Below the pieces are notes generated by a model. The model was not told the DNA's origin and ran no database searches. It saw only the letters and a program-made list of their open reading frames with translations. A program made the translations under genes and the position numbers. Of a DNA stretch of 64,000 nt, positions 19,509-29,896 are shown in pieces. Numbering within the stretch: the stretch's first letter is position 1; the number at the start of each line of letters is the position of its first letter. Source of the DNA: Tenericutes bacterium ADurb.Bin087 (lineage in GTDB: Bacteria; Bacillota_I; Bacilli_A; RFN20; CAG-826); NCBI GenBank assembly GCA_002070905.1, contig MWEF01000002.1, forward strand, positions 9,297-73,296, in the 5' to 3' direction.

Positions 19509-19856
19509 AATAATCCTCCCTCGTTTTATTATTATAATAAAAAAGCACTAAGATTGGTAGTTAAACAACTAAAACATCGTATTTTTTGTAAAAAGTATGA
19601 ATATATGCAAAATTTACTCAACTATTTTTAATGTTTTCGCTAATTTTATGCATAATTTGAAACTTTACATAAAAGAAAAATACTATTTTTTAAGGATTTG
19701 TTTAGATAAAAACGGCATTAATTTAGGCAAAATAAGTTATCTATCGCACCCTTATTTATTATTAATAAAGCTTCGAAAACAATTTGTTCATTTTTTATTC
19801 TTAAAAAAGCAAGAGCGGTGCGCATTGTGTATAATATAAACAATGAGAGGTGAAAT

Positions 19857-21065
19857 ATGTCAGAATTAGTGTTAGCAATTAACTCCGGGAGTAGCTCCCT
19901 AAAATTCAAATTGTTTGAAGTTCCAAGTGAAAAAGTTATTACAAGCGGTCTTTTCGAAAGAATTACCCAAAAAGAAGGTGGCTTCCGGATTAAAACAGAA
20001 GCCGGTGAAGTTCGCCGTACTCTTGCCCTTCCAAATCATGAAGTTGCCGTTAACGTTTTAACAAAAGCACTTATTGAATTTAATATCGTGAAATCATTAG
20101 ACGAAATTAAGGCGATTGGCCACAGAGTTGTCCAAGGTGGTAAACATTATTTTGATAGCGTTGAATTTACTGATGAAGTTGCCGCTGTTGTGCGAAAATT
20201 AATCCCGTTTGCGCCACTCCATAATCCGGCGCACTTAACGGGATATGAAGCTTTTAAAAAGATTTTACCCAATGTTTTAAACGTTGCCGTCTTTGATACA
20301 GCGTATCATCAAACAATGGCACCTGAAGATTATTTATATCCGATTCCATATGAATATTATGAAAAGTATGATATTCGTCGTTATGGAGCGCATGGTACTT
20401 CCCATAAATTTATTGCCGAAGAAATTACCAAAATTAATAAAGGTAAACCATGTAATCTCATCGTCTGTCACTTAGGTAATGGCGCAAGTATTACTGCGGT
20501 GAAAGATGGTAAGTGTGTCGCTACTTCGATGGGGCTTACACCTCTTGGTGGGATCATGATGGGCACACGCACTGGTGACCTTGATCCGAGCGTCTTCTAC
20601 TTCGTTAGTCAATTAGACGGGAAAAGTGCCACTGAAGTTTATGATCTCTTTAATAAAAAGTCGGGTATGCTCGGCTTTAGCGGCATTTCAAGTGATGTGC
20701 GCGACGTGGAAAATGCCTTCTTACAAGGGAATGAACGTGCTGATTTAACATTTAAATTATATAGTCGCCGAGTCGCTGATTACATTGGCCAATATCACGT
20801 GCGATTAGGGGGCACTGATGCGATTGTCTTCACTGCTGGTATTGGTGAAAATGCTCCTATTTTACGTAAACAAATAATTGATCAAGTTAAAGATGCTTTA
20901 CAAATTGACTTTGATGAAGAACAAAATAGACTAACACGTGGTGGAATTTATGGTCTTTTAACAACAAAACAAAGTAAAGTTAAAGTCTATGTTATTCCCA
21001 CTGATGAAGAATTAATGATTGTTCGTGATTGTGTCCGCATTCTAAAAGCAAAAAGACAACAATAA
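19857..21065 (+). CDS. ackA: acetate kinase
   Basis: 402 aa; LAINSGSSSLKFKLF and HLGNGASI are typical AckA motifs. A TATAAT -10 (gtgtataat) lies about 20 nt upstream. Confidence 0.95.
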   Translation: MSELVLAINSGSSSLKFKLFEVPSEKVITSGLFERITQKEGGFRIKTEAGEVRRTLALPNHEVAVNVLTKALIEFNIVKSLDEIKAIGHRVVQGGKHYFDSVEFTDEVAAVVRKLIPFAPLHNPAHLTGYEAFKKILPNVLNVAVFDTAYHQTMAPEDYLYPIPYEYYEKYDIRRYGAHGTSHKFIAEEITKINKGKPCNLIVCHLGNGASITAVKDGKCVATSMGLTPLGGIMMGTRTGDLDPSVFYFVSQLDGKSATEVYDLFNKKSGMLGFSGISSDVRDVENAFLQGNERADLTFKLYSRRVADYIGQYHVRLGGTDAIVFTAGIGENAPILRKQIIDQVKDALQIDFDEEQNRLTRGGIYGLLTTKQSKVKVYVIPTDEELMIVRDCVRILKAKRQQ

Positions 21066-21075
21066 GGTGATTCTA

Positions 21076-22068
21076 ATGCGCTGTTATTCACAAGAAATCC
21101 TCGATAAAATTAAAGAGTATAAAAAGCCGACTAAAAAGATTTTCGCCCTAGTTGAGAAGTATGAAAAAGTCGCTATTTTTGCTCATTTTTCGCCCGATTT
21201 CGATGCTTTTGGTTCACAATTTGGACTAGGCGTTTACTTAAAAAATCATTACCCAAATAAAAATATTAAAATTATTGGTCAAAGTTTAACGCTTTTAAAC
21301 GGGGAACTCTATCCATATATGGATGAAGTAAGTGATTCTTGGTTTGAAGATCCTTTTGTGGCGATTATTGTTGATACCGCGACATTAGAACGCGTTAGTG
21401 ATAATCGGTATACAAAAGCCAAAGCCTTAATTAAGATTGACCATCACCCGAATGTGGAACCATATGGGGATATTTGTTTTGTCGATGTTACTAGTGTTGC
21501 CGTTACTGAAATGATTGCGGTAATGCTTTTAGCCGATGGCCGCACAATTTCGCGAGACATCGCAACCTACTTATTTAGCGGGATTGTTGGTGACTCAGGG
21601 CGCTTTAAATATGCATCCACTACTTCTTTAACATTTGGTATTGCGGAAGTATTAACTAGTTTAGGCGTTGATCTAAGCTATGTTTATACTCGTTTATATG
21701 TTCAAGACCTTGATGACTTACGTTGTATTGGTTATATTCTGAATAATTTTAAAATTACAAAAAACGGTTTTGCTTATTATGTTATTGATGACAAAACATT
21801 AAAAAAACTCAATATTACCGCCGACCGTGCTAAAGAAAATGTCAATATATTTTCGGATATTCGCGGGATTAAAATATGGGCCTCAATTACCGAACGTGTC
21901 GACACGAATGAATGGCGCGTTTCAATCCGCAGCGCCGAAAAACCGATTAATGAATTCGCCCAAAAATGGCGCGGTGGCGGCCATGTCCAGGCTAGTGGCG
22001 CTTCACTTGTAAACCGTGAAGAAATTGATATTTTCGTTCAAGAAATGGATGACTATATAGGCTCATAA
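21076..22068 (+). CDS. nrnA: DHH-family phosphoesterase (NrnA-like bifunctional oligoribonuclease/pAp phosphatase)
   Basis: DHH motifs (FAHFSPDFDAFGS, IDHHPN) and the DHHA1 GGGH motif (WRGGGHVQASG). The start is chosen at the ATG with RBS AAGGTGA 5 nt upstream; the track starts at a GTG 9 nt earlier. Confidence 0.8.
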   Translation: MRCYSQEILDKIKEYKKPTKKIFALVEKYEKVAIFAHFSPDFDAFGSQFGLGVYLKNHYPNKNIKIIGQSLTLLNGELYPYMDEVSDSWFEDPFVAIIVDTATLERVSDNRYTKAKALIKIDHHPNVEPYGDICFVDVTSVAVTEMIAVMLLADGRTISRDIATYLFSGIVGDSGRFKYASTTSLTFGIAEVLTSLGVDLSYVYTRLYVQDLDDLRCIGYILNNFKITKNGFAYYVIDDKTLKKLNITADRAKENVNIFSDIRGIKIWASITERVDTNEWRVSIRSAEKPINEFAQKWRGGGHVQASGASLVNREEIDIFVQEMDDYIGS

Positions 22069-22113
22069 GCCTATTACGCATTCCTAACCATTTGAGTATG
22101 TTAAAATAATGAT

Positions 22114-25101
22114 ATGTCCTTTATCCCTTTGAATGTTTTTACCAATTACGCGCTCCTTCAAAGTGCTCTAACTTTGGATGACTATTTAAAAGAACTCAAA
22201 AAACGCAAAATAAAAGCCGCGGGTGTTAGTGATCCTGATACCCTTTTTAGTTACCCGCACTTCGCCACGAAAAGTAAAATATATGGCGTAAAAGCACTAT
22301 ATGGTGTACGCTTAAATTTTGACGATTCATCACTAGTTATTTATCCCGTAAATGAAGATGGTTATCGCGCACTTTTAACACTGATTGAACGTAAAAATCA
22401 GCGTGCACTCACACTCAAAGATTTAAAAGAAAATGCCACTAATTTAATTGTTATTGTTCCTACTTCTAACATTAATAAGCTAAACATTGAACACGCAAAT
22501 ATGCAGAAATATTTTTATGATATTGCATTAGCAACAAATACTTTATACATAGGTTTGGAACGTGAAAACACTGAATTAACTAGCTTTTTGCGCGAGTTTA
22601 GTGCTAAATTCAATTACGAACTCGTTGCATTCCCGCTTATTAAATATGTAAAAAGCGAAGACCATAAAACACTCTTAATGATAGAAGCGATACGGGATGG
22701 CAAAACGTTTTCAATCTATGATATTTCTAGTGGTCCTGATTATATTTCTAGTGATGATGAATTAAGCACTTATTACACTGAACGTGAATTAAAAAACACC
22801 CACAAAATTAGTGACCAAATATCCTTTAATTTAAGCGCTAAGCACGACCTAAATTTCCCGCTGCCTGGGATCTTTAATGCTGATCAAAAAATCGATGAAT
22901 TAACGACTAATGCCTTAAAAGAAAAGGGATTAACAAATGATAAAAGATATCGCGACCGTCTTGCGCATGAATTAAAAATCATTCGCCGCTTAGGCTATGT
23001 TAACTACTTCTTAATTGTGAGTGATTATGTAAATTTTGCGAAAAGAGAAGGCATTTTAGTCGGCTATGGTAGGGGTAGTGCACCAGGTTCATTAGTGAGC
23101 TATCTTTTAGGTATTACCCACGCTGATCCGATTGAGCATAACTTACTTTTCGAACGCTTTTTAAATCCAGAACGCGTGTCTCTACCAGATATTGATATTG
23201 ACTTTATGGATATTCGGCGTGGTGAAATTATTGACTATATTAAAGCAACATATGGGGAAGATAAAGTCGCCCATATTGTCACTTTTCAAACTAATGCGGC
23301 CAAAGCTTCATTACGAGATACAGGGAATATCTTTAATATTGATTCAAAGTTTATTAATCGCTTAAGCACTAGTTTAGGCACCACTAACTACTCCTTCCGT
23401 GATGCTTATCGTAATGTTAAAGCATTCCGTGACCTTGTTGATCGCGATACATATAACTTAGAAATTATCAAAAATGCCACAAAGCTTGAAGGGTTCCCGC
23501 GGCAAAGCGGACTCCACGCTGCGGGGATTATAATTGATGGTGAACCACTTGCGCACAGCTTACCAACCTTCATCAATAATGGCTTGCGCGTCACACAATA
23601 TGAAATGGGATTTTTAGAGGAACATGGTTTTTTAAAGGTCGATATCTTAGGCCTGTCAAACCTTACTTTTGTCCATAACATCATTACTTTAGTGCGAGAG
23701 AATCACGGTGTTAATCTTGATTTTTACAATTTAAAATTTGATGATCCGCGGATTTATAATGTGATTCGTCAAGGTCATACACTCGGCTTATTCCAACTTG
23801 AAAGCGGCGGGATGCGCAAAGCAATTGCCACCATTAAACCGAGTAATTTTAATGATATTAGTGCCCTCCTTGCGCTCTATCGTCCTGGACCAATGCAATA
23901 CATTGCTGAATACGCGATGCGTAAAGAAGGAAAAGCCGAAATTTCATATTTAAATGATGATTTAATTGATATTTTACAACCAACTTACGGCATTATGATT
24001 TATCAAGAACAAATTATGCAAATTGCGGCAACGATGGCGGGCTTTAGTCTTGGGCAAGCGGATATTTTACGGCGGGCAATTGGTCGTAAAGATGAAAAAA
24101 TAATTTTAGAGCAAAAAGATTCATTCTTTACTGGTGCTAAAAAACGCGGCTATTCCAGAGAAGATACTGAAAAAGTGTTCAATGATATTTTACGTTTTGC
24201 TGATTACGGTTTTAACAAATCGCACTCTGTCGTCTATGCGATGCTAACGACTGCGTTAGCGTATCTTAAAACATATTATCCGTATGAATTTTATCACGAA
24301 TTATTGCGTAGTTTAGTTAGTGATAATGTGAAATTTGCGCTTGCGCGTCAAGAATTAAAAGCCCTTAACATCACGATTAGTCGTCCTTGTGTCTTAAAGT
24401 CTACAACGGAGTTTATTAGAATTGATGACACCATTAACTTTCCACTTAGTGCAATCGTTGGGCTTAACCGTGAATCCGCTAATACGATAGTGCGCTTACG
24501 GGAACAAAAGATGTTTGCTAATGTGCAGGACTTCTTCTTCCGCGCCTATAAAGCGGGCGTCACTGGGGACGAATTTATGGCCCTGATTGAAGCAGGGGCC
24601 CTTGATACATTCAACACTAATCGGGCGTACTTAAAGGCAATGTTTAGTGCCTACTTACCAACTTTAGATATTGGTTTGTTTGATGATGAAAAAGCGCTTC
24701 ACGCTATTATCGTTGACGATGTTAAAGAAAGTGCTGATCGGCTTGAACTTGAAGTTAAACGCTTACGCTTCCCGCTCTCCGCAAATCCGCTTGATAACAT
24801 TAAACTTAAAGATGCTAAACGTGTTAGTCATATTTTAAAAGCAAAAGTCGGTTTAGTAAAAATGTATGGTGTCTTAAATTCATTACGGATTATAAAAACG
24901 AAAAAAGGTGATGAGATGGCTTTTGCCACCATTAGTGATTATGAAACAGAAATTACTGCTGTGTTCTTTACTCGTGAATTTAGTGCCTATCGCGAATTGT
25001 TATCACTTAATCACATCTATATTTTTAGTGGCCGTTTAGAGGAACGCGATGGTGACAAACAAATAGTAATTTCTAGTTTAGAAAGGTATGAAAATGAGTA
25101 A
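22114..25101 (+). CDS. dnaE: DNA polymerase III alpha subunit (DnaE-type) with a degenerate PHP domain
   Basis: 995 aa; polymerase core GRGSAPGSLVSYLLGITHADPIEHNLLFERFLNPERVSLPDIDIDF (catalytic DID present). The N-terminal PHP region lacks the HxH and other metal ligands (MSFIPLNVFTNYALLQSAL). Confidence 0.9.
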   Translation: MSFIPLNVFTNYALLQSALTLDDYLKELKKRKIKAAGVSDPDTLFSYPHFATKSKIYGVKALYGVRLNFDDSSLVIYPVNEDGYRALLTLIERKNQRALTLKDLKENATNLIVIVPTSNINKLNIEHANMQKYFYDIALATNTLYIGLERENTELTSFLREFSAKFNYELVAFPLIKYVKSEDHKTLLMIEAIRDGKTFSIYDISSGPDYISSDDELSTYYTERELKNTHKISDQISFNLSAKHDLNFPLPGIFNADQKIDELTTNALKEKGLTNDKRYRDRLAHELKIIRRLGYVNYFLIVSDYVNFAKREGILVGYGRGSAPGSLVSYLLGITHADPIEHNLLFERFLNPERVSLPDIDIDFMDIRRGEIIDYIKATYGEDKVAHIVTFQTNAAKASLRDTGNIFNIDSKFINRLSTSLGTTNYSFRDAYRNVKAFRDLVDRDTYNLEIIKNATKLEGFPRQSGLHAAGIIIDGEPLAHSLPTFINNGLRVTQYEMGFLEEHGFLKVDILGLSNLTFVHNIITLVRENHGVNLDFYNLKFDDPRIYNVIRQGHTLGLFQLESGGMRKAIATIKPSNFNDISALLALYRPGPMQYIAEYAMRKEGKAEISYLNDDLIDILQPTYGIMIYQEQIMQIAATMAGFSLGQADILRRAIGRKDEKIILEQKDSFFTGAKKRGYSREDTEKVFNDILRFADYGFNKSHSVVYAMLTTALAYLKTYYPYEFYHELLRSLVSDNVKFALARQELKALNITISRPCVLKSTTEFIRIDDTINFPLSAIVGLNRESANTIVRLREQKMFANVQDFFFRAYKAGVTGDEFMALIEAGALDTFNTNRAYLKAMFSAYLPTLDIGLFDDEKALHAIIVDDVKESADRLELEVKRLRFPLSANPLDNIKLKDAKRVSHILKAKVGLVKMYGVLNSLRIIKTKKGDEMAFATISDYETEITAVFFTREFSAYRELLSLNHIYIFSGRLEERDGDKQIVISSLERYENE

Positions 25102-27649
25102 ACGATTAATTATAATTGATGGTAATTCCCTCTTATTTCGCGCTTATTACGCAACAGCCTATCAAGGCACAGATAAAATTATGCGCACAAGCACTGGTGT
25201 ACCGACAAATGCAATTTTTGCCTTTGCCAATATGATGGTGCGGATTATTAATGATTTAAAGGCCGATGATCATCTCTTTGTTGCCTTTGACACTGGTGAA
25301 AAGACATTTCGTCATGAAGAATACGATGATTATAAAGCTAATCGCCAAGCTGTTCCAGAAGAATTAATTACCCAATTCCCGATTGCGCGTGAATTTCTTG
25401 ATGCCCTTTCCATCCGCCACGATGAGGTGGTAGGTTACGAAGCTGATGACTTAGCGGGTAGCTTAGCTAAAGCCGCAAGTAAAGAAGGATATAAAGTCGA
25501 ATTATACACAAGTGATCAAGATTATTTACAGTTAATTGATGAGGATATCAGTGTGCAACTTATTCGCCGTGGCTTAAGTGATGTCCGCTTTTTAGATCCA
25601 AAAACGCTTTTTGATGAATTTGGCTACCATGCTTACCAAGTCCCTGACTTTAAAGGCCTAACTGGCGATACAAGCGATAATTTAAAAGGGGTGCCAGGTG
25701 TCGGGAAAGTGACTGCAACAAAGCTACTTGCCGAATATGACACTTTAGAAAAAATCATTGCCGAAGCAGACAATATTAAAGGAAAACTTGGTGAAAATAT
25801 TCGTGAATTTAAAGATGTTGCGATTCAGTCAAAACACCTAGCAACGATTCTCACTGATTTACCGCTCCCGTGTCCGCTTAGTGATTTCCGCTACACTGGA
25901 TTTGATAATAAGGAAGTCCATGCTTTTGCGCAAAAATATGAAATGCGGCAATTTTTAAATAACTTAAAATACACTCATAGTGATAGCGGCGAAGAAATTA
26001 AAGCGCTTAAAATCAATAGTTTTAAAGAAATTACTGAAAAAGAATTTAAGCATTTATCTTTTTACGTAACTGCTAGTGAAGATGATTATTATCGAGCGAC
26101 ACCACAGCTTATTTATTTCACGCTTAATAAATTAGTGTACTGTGTCACTTTTGCAGATTTATTAAATGATCCGCAATTGGTGGCGTTATTTAAAAATGAA
26201 TCATTACTTAAATATACTTATGACTATAAACGCAGCGCCATTATGCTTAGTAACCACGGCCTTGACTTACAAGGTGCTTTTAATGATGCACTTGTCTTAA
26301 CTTATGTTTTTGATACAAATGTGGCACCAAACATTAGTGCCTTTTTATTGACTTATGGTGTTAATGCCGCGAGTGACGAAGCGGAAACTTACGCGATTTT
26401 AGTCGCGAAACTTCCTGCCATATACAGTGAAGGCTTACGTAAACTAAAAAGAGAAAATTTACTTCAAGTTTATGAGGAAATTGAAAAACCGCTCACTAAT
26501 GTCTTAATTAAAATGGAAAAAGCGGGGTTTAATGTTGATAAAGACGTCTTAGTCGCGCTTGGTGAAGAATATAAAGTCATTCTTGAAAACTTAACACGCA
26601 CAATTTATAGTCTCGGGGGTCATGAATTTAATATTAATTCACCAAAACAACTTGCGGTCGTGCTTTTTGATGAATTAGGGCTCAAGGCCAATCGTAAACG
26701 CTCAACTTCTGCTGATGTCCTTAGTGACCTTAAAACTAAACATCCAATTATTCCAGCACTGCTTGAATATCGCAAATATCAAAAAATTATTTCGACATAT
26801 ATTGATGGGTTTATTCCGCATATTCATGAAGACGCTAAAGTACATACAACCTTTAATCAAGCGCTGACGACGACAGGGCGCCTAAGTAGTAATAATCCTA
26901 ATTTACAAAATATTAGTATCAGACATGAAGAAGGCCGTGAGATCCGTAAAGCCTTTAATGCGGGTGATAAGGATGTTTTAGCGATTGACTACAGTCAAAT
27001 TGAATTGCGTCTCCTTGCCGCCATCGCTAATGTCCCGCGTCTTATTGATATATTTAATAGTGAACGCGATATTCACGCAGAAACGGCAGCTGCTTTATTC
27101 CCGCTTGAAGACTTAAGTTACGCGCGCCGCAAAGCAAAGGCTGTAAACTTTGGGATTGTCTACGGCATCAGTGACTTTGGCTTAAGTGAACAATTAGAAA
27201 CAACCGTGCGTGATGCCCGTGATATTATTCAAGCTTTCTTTACAACTTATCCTGAAGTTTGGACTTATCGCCAACAAATTATCAATGCCTTAATTAATGA
27301 TGGTTATGTTACAACATTAACGGGACGAAAGCGCTATATCCCGCAAATTAATGATCCGAATTATCAAACACGCGAATTTGCTAAACGCGCAGCGATGAAT
27401 GCCCCACTCCAAGGTAGTGCTGCGGATTTAATAAAAATCGCTATGATCAAAGTTGATGAATTTTTAACGAACAATAAATGTGAGACTAAACTTATCTTAC
27501 AAGTTCATGACGAACTTATTTTTGCACTTGATGAAAATGAGCATCACATTGTGGATGAATTAGTGAAAATTATGGAAAATGTCCTTGATTTACCTATAAA
27601 ATTAAAGGTGGAAGTTAAAACCGGTAAAACATGGTTTGAAGCGAGTTAA
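25094..27649 (+). CDS. polA: DNA polymerase I
   Basis: 851 aa from the second ATG, which has better RBS spacing. It has a 5'-nuclease N-terminus and family A polymerase motifs (RRKAKAVNFGIVYG, LQVHDELIF). Confidence 0.9.
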   Translation: MSKRLIIIDGNSLLFRAYYATAYQGTDKIMRTSTGVPTNAIFAFANMMVRIINDLKADDHLFVAFDTGEKTFRHEEYDDYKANRQAVPEELITQFPIAREFLDALSIRHDEVVGYEADDLAGSLAKAASKEGYKVELYTSDQDYLQLIDEDISVQLIRRGLSDVRFLDPKTLFDEFGYHAYQVPDFKGLTGDTSDNLKGVPGVGKVTATKLLAEYDTLEKIIAEADNIKGKLGENIREFKDVAIQSKHLATILTDLPLPCPLSDFRYTGFDNKEVHAFAQKYEMRQFLNNLKYTHSDSGEEIKALKINSFKEITEKEFKHLSFYVTASEDDYYRATPQLIYFTLNKLVYCVTFADLLNDPQLVALFKNESLLKYTYDYKRSAIMLSNHGLDLQGAFNDALVLTYVFDTNVAPNISAFLLTYGVNAASDEAETYAILVAKLPAIYSEGLRKLKRENLLQVYEEIEKPLTNVLIKMEKAGFNVDKDVLVALGEEYKVILENLTRTIYSLGGHEFNINSPKQLAVVLFDELGLKANRKRSTSADVLSDLKTKHPIIPALLEYRKYQKIISTYIDGFIPHIHEDAKVHTTFNQALTTTGRLSSNNPNLQNISIRHEEGREIRKAFNAGDKDVLAIDYSQIELRLLAAIANVPRLIDIFNSERDIHAETAAALFPLEDLSYARRKAKAVNFGIVYGISDFGLSEQLETTVRDARDIIQAFFTTYPEVWTYRQQIINALINDGYVTTLTGRKRYIPQINDPNYQTREFAKRAAMNAPLQGSAADLIKIAMIKVDEFLTNNKCETKLILQVHDELIFALDENEHHIVDELVKIMENVLDLPIKLKVEVKTGKTWFEAS

Positions 27650-27654
27650 TAATT

Positions 27655-29028
27655 ATGCCAGAACTACCAGAAGTTGAAACAGTTAGAAAAATATTAAACA
27701 CCATTGTTCCTGGTGCGACAATTATTGATGTTATTGTCCATAAGAAAAATATCATTGTCGGGAACGCAAAAGTGTTTCGCAAAACATTAATTGGGCAAAC
27801 ATTTAATGAAGTTAAACGGGTTGGGAAATACTTAATCTTTACCTTTAATAGTGATTTAGTGATGTTAAGTCACTTACGGATGGAAGGAAAGTATATTGAA
27901 GTATTACAGGGTGAAGACGATTCGCGTTACGCCCGCGTTATTTTCGTGTTAGATGATGGGAGGCGCTTATGTTACGATGACTCGCGCCAATTTGGCACAC
28001 TTGAATTATCGACGACTGATAAATATCGCCACACCAAAGCACTGCAAAATGTTGGTCCTGAACCTTTTGATATTAATCCCCTTGACTACTTCAATAAAAT
28101 TAAAGGACGGCAAACCCCAATTAAACAAACATTACTTGACCAAAAACTAATGAGCGGACTCGGCAATATTTATGTTGATGAGGTGCTCTATCTTAGTAAA
28201 ATTCATCCAGAAACACCGACGAATATGTTAGGACTTATGGGAATTAAAACATTAATTGCCCAAAGTGTTAAAGTGCTAGAAAAAGCGATTATTGCGGGGG
28301 GTACAACAGTCCGCACATATAGTCCTGCGCAAGGAGTTCATGGTAACTTCCAGCAACAACTAAATGCCTATGGTAAGGCGTATCAACGTTGTCCGCTCTG
28401 TAATTTTCGTTTCAAAAAAATCTTTGTTGGTGGCCGCGGCACAACATATTGTCCGTCATGTCAAAGAAATCCCGCACGGGCGCTGACGATAGCGATAACT
28501 GGTCAAAAAGCAAGTGGTAAAACAGTAATTTCTAATTATTTACGCAGTCAAGGTGAAGTTGTTATTGACACTGATAATTTAGCAAAAACACTCTACAAGG
28601 ACATTGAAACAACTCGCGAACTTGAAGATATTTTAGGTGTTAAGCTTCATGATAATGAAAGTTTTAAGATTCATTTATTACGCGAATATCTTGCCGAAAA
28701 TGCGCATGACATTAAAAAAGTAAATGATTTTATCCATCCACTTGTCAAAAAGGAAATGGAACATATGATCAAAACAAGTAAAGTCGACAAAATCTACTTT
28801 GAAGTTCCGCTGCTTTTCTCCCACAAAGTATATGAACTATTTGACTTTATGATTGGGGTGGAAGTAAGTGTTGAAACTCAAGCGACAAACTTAAAAAAAC
28901 GTGGAGATACATTATTAATTAACGCTGATGCTGCATATATGAAAAACCGTCATCGGCTCGATTTAATTATCGTTAATGACGGCACAGTTGATCAGTTAAT
29001 TGAAAAATTTAAGGCGTTTAAAGTGTAG
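27655..29028 (+). CDS. mutM: fused formamidopyrimidine-DNA glycosylase (Fpg/MutM) and dephospho-CoA kinase (CoaE)
   Basis: N-terminal MPELPEVETVR (catalytic Pro2/Glu3) and a zinc finger CPLCNFRF...CPSCQRN at about aa 245-272. This is followed in-frame by a P-loop kinase, IAITGQKASGKTVISNYL, and about 185 aa typical of CoaE. Confidence 0.8.
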   Translation: MPELPEVETVRKILNTIVPGATIIDVIVHKKNIIVGNAKVFRKTLIGQTFNEVKRVGKYLIFTFNSDLVMLSHLRMEGKYIEVLQGEDDSRYARVIFVLDDGRRLCYDDSRQFGTLELSTTDKYRHTKALQNVGPEPFDINPLDYFNKIKGRQTPIKQTLLDQKLMSGLGNIYVDEVLYLSKIHPETPTNMLGLMGIKTLIAQSVKVLEKAIIAGGTTVRTYSPAQGVHGNFQQQLNAYGKAYQRCPLCNFRFKKIFVGGRGTTYCPSCQRNPARALTIAITGQKASGKTVISNYLRSQGEVVIDTDNLAKTLYKDIETTRELEDILGVKLHDNESFKIHLLREYLAENAHDIKKVNDFIHPLVKKEMEHMIKTSKVDKIYFEVPLLFSHKVYELFDFMIGVEVSVETQATNLKKRGDTLLINADAAYMKNRHRLDLIIVNDGTVDQLIEKFKAFKV

Positions 29029-29896
29029 TGCCTTGTAAATATATTTCGTCTTTGATATTACTACGGATGAGATCGACAATTTGTTGACCGCGCACACTAC
29101 GGCCAAGATAGAGACTTCGTAAATCATTAATGCTGACGCCCGCTAAAATAATTGTGGGCTTTTTTTGTCTAATGCGCGCGGATAATAATGGGAAAATAAT
29201 TGATTCAATGACAAGCTTATTAATTTCTTCATTTCCAAAGCCATCAAGTACTAATACATCTAAATCAATATAATGTTGTAAATAAGTATCAACTGACTCT
29301 TTCTTTTCAAAATAGTCGGCAATCGAACTACGGACAAAAGCGGGGAAATCAAGGACACCAGCGGTTTTACTTTTATCATCATTTAGCATATGAGTCACAA
29401 ACGGAATGGCGGTCTTTAGTTTGCCAATGCCAGTCATCCCATACGCATATATTAAATATGTTTCACCCTTTAAAACGTTCATAAGTTCACGCATATAAAG
29501 CGCAAACGATTGACGTTTGGGGATATCACTAATTTTTAAATCAAGGTAGTTTTCGGGAAAATCACGCACGAGAAAACGCATCACTAATTGTTGACTTTCA
29601 AGAAAAACAGGGCACATATGCCGTTCAACAAAAACACTTGCGCCGTTAATCGTGATTGTTACTGCATGATGCTTTTCTTCATTGATACAATGGCCTGCTT
29701 TTTGACACTCCGCCACACTTAAATAACTTTCAAAATAATCATATAATAAGCCAACATTATTTTCGATTGTCGCGGATGTGGCCCCAAGTTCTGCTAAATG
29801 ACGCATAAAAGCCTTATGCGCAGTCATTTCGACATACATTTCGTGGCGGGCATTTTTTACATCAGTTGTATCAATATCAAAATCTACTTTTTTCAT
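29018..29896 (-). CDS. dnaI: primosomal helicase loader DnaI (DnaC-like AAA+)
   Basis: 292 aa with a Walker A-like YGMTGIGKL and LVLDGFGNE. It lies downstream of the dnaB-like gene, as in Bacillus. Confidence 0.7.
   Translation of the reverse strand: MKKVDFDIDTTDVKNARHEMYVEMTAHKAFMRHLAELGATSATIENNVGLLYDYFESYLSVAECQKAGHCINEEKHHAVTITINGASVFVERHMCPVFLESQQLVMRFLVRDFPENYLDLKISDIPKRQSFALYMRELMNVLKGETYLIYAYGMTGIGKLKTAIPFVTHMLNDDKSKTAGVLDFPAFVRSSIADYFEKKESVDTYLQHYIDLDVLVLDGFGNEEINKLVIESIIFPLLSARIRQKKPTIILAGVSINDLRSLYLGRSVRGQQIVDLIRSNIKDEIYLQGTTL

Noticed and set aside
19329-19909. Three overlapping small ORFs (100, 80 and 63 aa) in the glgB/ackA intergenic region
   Set aside because: The region is an extremely AT-rich divergent promoter. 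The ORFs have no RBS, overlap each other in different frames, and give Phe/Ile/Lys-rich translations typical of AT-rich noise.
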